From contig OZ024742.1 in assembly GCA_964016885.1 (NCBI GenBank), positions 346,580,001 through 346,644,000 of the forward strand: a stretch of DNA of 64,000 bases. The letters run 5' to 3'. Positions within the stretch are counted from its first letter, which is position 1. Each line of letters begins with the position of its first letter. The position numbers and the translations under genes were made by a program. Positions 60,801 to 64,000 of the stretch are shown here, piece after piece. The notes below the pieces were generated by a model. It was not told where the DNA came from, made no database searches, and saw nothing but the letters and a program-made list of their open reading frames with translations. The stretch comes from Eledone cirrhosa (Eukaryota).

Positions 60801-63800
60801 AGCCTACATTAAGATACTTGTAATATAAGCCAACATTAAGATACTTGTAATATAAGCCAACATTAAGATACTTGTATTATAAGCCTACATTAAGATACTT
60901 GTAATATAAGCCCACATTAAGATACTTGTAATATAAGCCTACATTAAGATACGTGTAATATAAGCCTACATTAAGATACTTGTAATATAAGCCTACATTA
61001 AGATACATGTAATATAAGCCTTCATTAAGATACTTGTAATATAAGCCTACTTTAAGATACTTGTATTATAAGCCTACATTAAGATACTTGTATTATAAGC
61101 CCAGATTAAGACACTTGTAATATAAGCCTACATTAAGATACTTGTATTATAAGTCTACATTAAGATACTTGTAATATAAGCCCGCATTAAGATACTTGTA
61201 TTATAAGCCTAAATTAAGATACTTGTAATATAAGACTACATTAAGATACTTGTATTATAACCCTACATTAAGATACTTGCATTATAAGTCCACATTAAGA
61301 TACTTGTAATATAAGCCTACATTAAGATACTTGTATTATAAGCCTACATTAAGATACTTGTATTATAAGCCCACATTAAGATACTTGTAATATAATCTCA
61401 CATTAAGATACTTGTAATATAATCCCACATTAAGATACTTGTTATATAATCCAACATTAAGATACTTGTAATATAAGCCTACATTAAGATACTTGTAATA
61501 TAATCCCACATTAAGATACTTGTAATATAAGCCTAGGTTAAGATACGTGTAATATAAGCCAACATTAAGATACTTGTAATATAAGCCTACATTAAGATAC
61601 TCGTAATATAAGCCTACATTAAGATACTTGTAATATAAGCCAACATTAAGATACTTGTATTATAAGCCTACATTAAGATACTTGTAATATAAGCCGACAT
61701 TAAGATACTTGTAATATATGCAAAAATTAAGATACTTGTAATATAAGCCCACATTAAGATACTTGTAATATAAGCCTTCATTAAGATACCTGTATTATAA
61801 ACCTACATTAAGATACTTGTAATATAAGCCTAAATTAAGATAGTTGTATTATAAGCATACATTAAGATACTTGTATTATAAGCCGACATTAAGATACTTG
61901 TAATATAAGCCAACATTAAGATACTTGTAATATAAGCCTACATTAAGATACTTGTAATATAAGCCTACATTAAGATACTTGTATTATAAGCCTACATTAA
62001 GATACTTGTATTATAATCCCACATTAAGATACTTGTAATATAAGCCTACATTAAGATACTTGTATTATAAGCCCACATTCAGATACTTGTATTATAAGCC
62101 CACATTAAGATACTTGTAATATAAGCCAACATTAAGATACTTGTAATATAAGTCTACATTAAGATACTCGTAATATAAGCCTACATTAAGATGCTTGTAA
62201 TATAAGCCTACATTAAGATACTTGTAATATAATCCTACATTAAGATACTTGTAATATAAGCCTACATTAAGATACTCGTAATATAAGCCTACATTAAGAT
62301 ACTTGTATTATAAGCCTACATTAAGATACTTGTAATATAATCCCACATTAAGATACTTGTATTATAAGCCTTCATTAAGATACTTGTAATATAAGCCTAC
62401 ATTAAGATACTTGTATTATAAGCCTACATTGAGATACTTGTATTATAAGCCCACATTAAGACACTTGTAATATAAGCCAACATTAAGATACTTGTAATAT
62501 AAGCCTACATTAAGATACTTGTATTATAAGCCTACATTAAGATACTTGTAATATAAGCCTACATTAAGATACTTGTATTATAAGCCCACATTAAAATACT
62601 TGTATTATAAGCCCACATTAAGATACTTGTAATATAAGCCTACATTAAGATACTTGTATTATAAGCCCACATTAAGATACGTGTAATATAAGCCAACATT
62701 AAGATACTTGTAATATAAGCCTAAATTAAGATACTCGTAATATAAGCCTCCATTAAGATACTTTTATTATAAGCCTACATTAAGATACTTGTATTATAAG
62801 CCCACATTAAGATACTTGTAATATAAGCCTTCATTAAGATACTTGTAATATAAGTCTACATTAAGATACTTGTAATATAAGCCTACATTAAGATACTTGT
62901 ATTATAAGCCTACATTAAGATACTTGTAATATAAGCCGACATTAAGACACTTGTAATATAAGCGAAAATTAAGATACTTGTAATATAAGCCCACATTAAG
63001 ATACTTGTAATATAAGCCTTCATTAAGATACTTGTATTATAAGCCTACATTAAGATACTTGTATTATAAGCCTACATTAAGATACTTGTATTATAAGCCT
63101 ACATTAAGATACTTGTAATATAAGCCTAAATTAAGATAGTTGTATTATAAGCATACATTAAGATACTTGTATTATAAGCCGACATTAAGATACTTGTAAT
63201 ATAAGCCAACATTAAGATACTTGTATTATAAGCCTACATTAAGATACTTGTAATATAAGCCTCCATTAAGATACTTGTATTATAAGCCTACATTAAGATA
63301 CTTGTAATATAAGCCAACATTAAGATACTTGTATTATAAGCCTACATTAAGATACTTGTAATATAAGCCTCCATTAAGATACTTGTATTATAAGCCTACA
63401 TTAAGATACTTGTAATATAAGCCAACATTAAGATACTTGTAATATAAGCCAACATTAAGATACTTGTATTATAAGCCTACATTAAGATACTTGTAATATA
63501 AGCCGACATTAAGATACTTGTAATATATGCGAAAATTAAGATACTTGTAATATAAGCCAACATTAAGATACTTGTAATATAAGCCTTCATTAAGATACCT
63601 GTATTATAAGCCTGCATTAAGATACTTGTAATATAACCCTACATTAAGATACATGTATTATAAGCCTACATTAAGATACTTGTAATATAAGCCTAAATTA
63701 AGATAGTTGTATTATAAGCATACATTAAGATACTTGTATTATAAGCCTACATTAAGATACTTGTAATATAAGCCAACATTAAGATACTTGTATTATAAGC

Positions 63801-64000
63801 CTACATTAAGATACTTGTAATATAAGCCTGCATTAAGATACTTGTATTATAAGCCTACATTAAGATACTTGTATTATAATCCCACATTAAGATACTTGTA
63901 ATATAAGCCTACATTAAGATACTTGTATTATAAGCACACATTCAGATACTTGTATTATAAGCCTACATTAAGATACTTGTAATATAAGCCAACATTAAGA

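Larger units (their letters stand above)
1..64000. repeat. Tandem satellite DNA array, 27-bp monomer AGCCTACATTAAGATACTTGTAWTATA, about 2,370 copies in a single orientation, running off both window ends
   Basis: The monomer starts at position 1 (agtctacattaagatacttgtaatata) and recurs every 27 bp to the end. A monomer start at 63960 is out of phase by exactly -4, matching four visible 1-bp deletions. Most monomers differ from the consensus by 0-2 substitutions, mainly at monomer position 5 (T/C/A/G) and position 23 (A/T). Confidence 0.99.

Noticed and set aside
1-64000. CRISPR array (27-bp repeat with partial dyad symmetry)
   Set aside because: The repeats are directly adjacent with no unique spacers, no leader and no cas genes.
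1-64000. Long-unit telomerase-made telomeric repeat, as in some budding yeasts
   Set aside because: There is no G-rich strand (3 G versus 4 C per monomer). Variants are inherited in multi-kb duplicated blocks, which indicates recombinational amplification rather than templated addition.
1-64000. TATA-box or -10-like motifs (TATAAG, TATAAT) and TTAA sites in the monomers
   Set aside because: These are expected in a 74% AT repeat. There is no downstream gene and no transposon inserted at any TTAA.
1-64000. The A/T and position-5 variant string as an information-bearing code or a strict 54-bp dimer
   Set aside because: A/T alternation is frequent but irregular, with runs of both states. The recurring patterns are explained by block duplication, and nothing in the sequence supports a decoding mechanism.
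1-64000. Pure sequencing or amplification artefact (rolling-circle concatemer)
   Set aside because: Hierarchically shared variants at many different exact multiples of 27 bp, with very few indels, fit a genuine evolved array. Exact copy numbers still need read validation.

Overview
The whole 64 kb window is one uninterrupted, head-to-tail, AT-rich satellite array of about 2,370 copies of a 27-bp monomer. The consensus is AGCCTACATTAAGATACTTGTAWTATA (W = A/T, about 26% GC). I see no credible gene, RNA gene, transposon, CRISPR array, inversion or unique sequence. The five ORFs in the track are by-products of the 27-bp (9-codon) period. The informative signal is in the variant monomers. They reveal nested segmental duplications whose offsets are whole numbers of monomers (9, 10, 49, 54, 61, 113, 129, 140 and 171), including a young 171-monomer (4,617 bp) higher-order repeat in the right third. 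The array also shows left and right sub-lineages, only four net 1-bp deletions in 64 kb, and a near-balanced A/T dimorphism at the exact centre of a 13-bp quasi-palindrome. It is most likely eukaryotic heterochromatic (peri/centromeric or subtelomeric) satellite, but I cannot name the family or the organism. I find no direct evidence of a new coding system. All block boundaries were read by eye and are approximate.
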